Positions 62,633 to 64,000 of a stretch of 64,000 nt of DNA are shown here, piece after piece. A program made the position numbers and the translations under genes. Numbering within the stretch: the stretch's first letter is position 1; every line of letters starts with the position of its first letter. The DNA comes from Carcharhinus amblyrhynchos (lineage: Eukaryota), in the NCBI GenBank assembly GCA_965287045.1, contig OZ336871.1, forward strand, positions 128,340,001 to 128,404,000. The letters run 5' to 3'. The notes beneath the pieces are model-generated. The model made no database searches, was not told the DNA's origin, and saw nothing but the letters and a program-made list of their open reading frames with translations.

Positions 62633-63140
62633 CATAGAGGTTTATAAAAATCATGTGGAGTACATGACTAGCCAAGGTCTTTTCCCCAGGGTAGGGGAGT
62701 TCAAAACTAGAGGGCATAGGCTTAAGGTGAGAGGGGAAAGATTTAAAAGGGACCTGAGGGGCAACATTTTCACACAGAGTGTGGTGCATTAATGGAATGA
62801 GATGGTAGAGGTGGGTACAATTACAACTTTTAAAGACTTTTGGACAGTTGCAGATAAGTTTTTTTGTTTTGGAGGATAATGATTTTTAAGAAGAGTTCAC
62901 AATAATGTTAATGCTTCAAGAATATCATTGTGATTGATGTTTTCCTGTAGAGTTGCTCATGTTTTGTTAAACTTTATTCCTAATGTACATTTTTATTGAT
63001 ATGATATTCATGGATAGGAAAGGTTTAGAGGGATATGGGCCAAATGCGAGCAAATGGGACTAGTTCAGTTGAGCAAACCTGTTTGGTGTGGGTAAGTTGG
63101 GCCAAAGGGACTGTTTTTGTGCTGTATATCTTTATGACTC
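62633..63140 (+). mobile_element. CR1 3' fragment split by an AT-rich insert (~62850-63005)
   Basis: aaactagagggcataggcttaaggtgagaggggaaag; resumes at catggataggaaaggtttagagggatatggg. Confidence 0.8.
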
Positions 63141-63561
63141 CACTTCTTTGGATTTGTAACATGATGTTTATTGGCACCTTTAGTGTTGACTTTAATTAAG
63201 TAATAGGTAGGATTTTCAAGTGGCATGCCCTCTCCTGGGGACTCTCAGTCCCCGTAGAATTGAAAATATTACAAGTTTGCATGAAACACAGCTGAATGAT
63301 ATATATTACAGACTTCATTAGTTCAGCTTTGTTCCACTCATGACTGAATCACGTTTGCTTAGTCCCTACTATTGCTAAATTTAATGAAATATTTACAGTA
63401 ATCTGGTGCCACAGTGTTTTCATGAAGAATGACACACTGAGGTAAAAAAATATGTTGACTAATTCATAAACAGTAAAATTGGGATAGTTAATTTAGATTA
63501 ACACTACTTCCATGGGTGGCCACTGGAACTTAACAATGGATTAGCATCATGTGCAAATGCA

Positions 63562-64000
63562 AAAGAACAAAGAAAATTACAGCATAAGCAGGCTTGGAGG
63601 TCCTTTGGCCCTCCAAGCCTGCACCAACCATGCTGCCCAACTGGACTAAAACCCCCTACCCTTCCAGGAACCATATCCTTCGATTCCCATTCTATTCGTG
63701 TATTTGTCCAGATGCCTCGTAAAACTCAGTATTCTATCTGCTTCCACTACCTCCCCTGGCAGCAAGTTCCAGGCACCCACCATCCTCTTTGTAAAAAAAA
63801 CACTTGCCTCGTACACCCCCTTTAAACCTTGCCCCTCATACCTCAAACCTATGCCCCCTAGTAATTGGGAAAACAAACTTGTGACTATCCACACTGTCCA
63901 TGTCCCTCGTAATCTTGTGAACTTCTAGCAGGTCACCTCTCGACCTCCATCTTTCCAGTGAGAACAAACCCAAGTTTCTCCAGCCTCTCCTCATACCCTC
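63562..64000 (-). mobile_element. CR1 3' fragment running off the window
   Basis: ORF 63646..63894 FFTKRMVGAWNLLPGEVVEA; tail aaagaacaaagaaaattacagc. Confidence 0.9.

Overview
Vertebrate genomic DNA, most likely a shark or other elasmobranch: the repeats are HE1/V-SINE-like SINEs, CR1 LINEs, Penelope fragments and DeuSINE-like remnants. The window lies wholly inside one + strand gene, DIP2C (disco-interacting protein 2 homolog C). Seven consecutive coding exons can be read by eye (11756-11875, 13685-13882, 23380-23471, 27854-27964, 55311-55434, 59424-59533, 61565-61667; 858 nt). All have AG/GT boundaries and compatible phases, and they encode the linker and the start of the first adenylation-like (FLD1) domain. 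The rest is intron, densely filled with decayed and nested retroelements; nearly all ORF-track entries are repeat fragments or noise. Most notable signals: (1) Penelope-derived elements carrying minimal hammerhead-ribozyme motifs, including a TSD-flanked fold-back element with an intact core on both strands; (2) a candidate unannotated in-frame 75-nt DIP2C exon with a Kozak ATG; (3) a four-level nested LINE cluster with a very young CR1 insert; (4) several local templated duplications. All calls come from reading the sequence; no database searches were run, and repeat boundaries are approximate.
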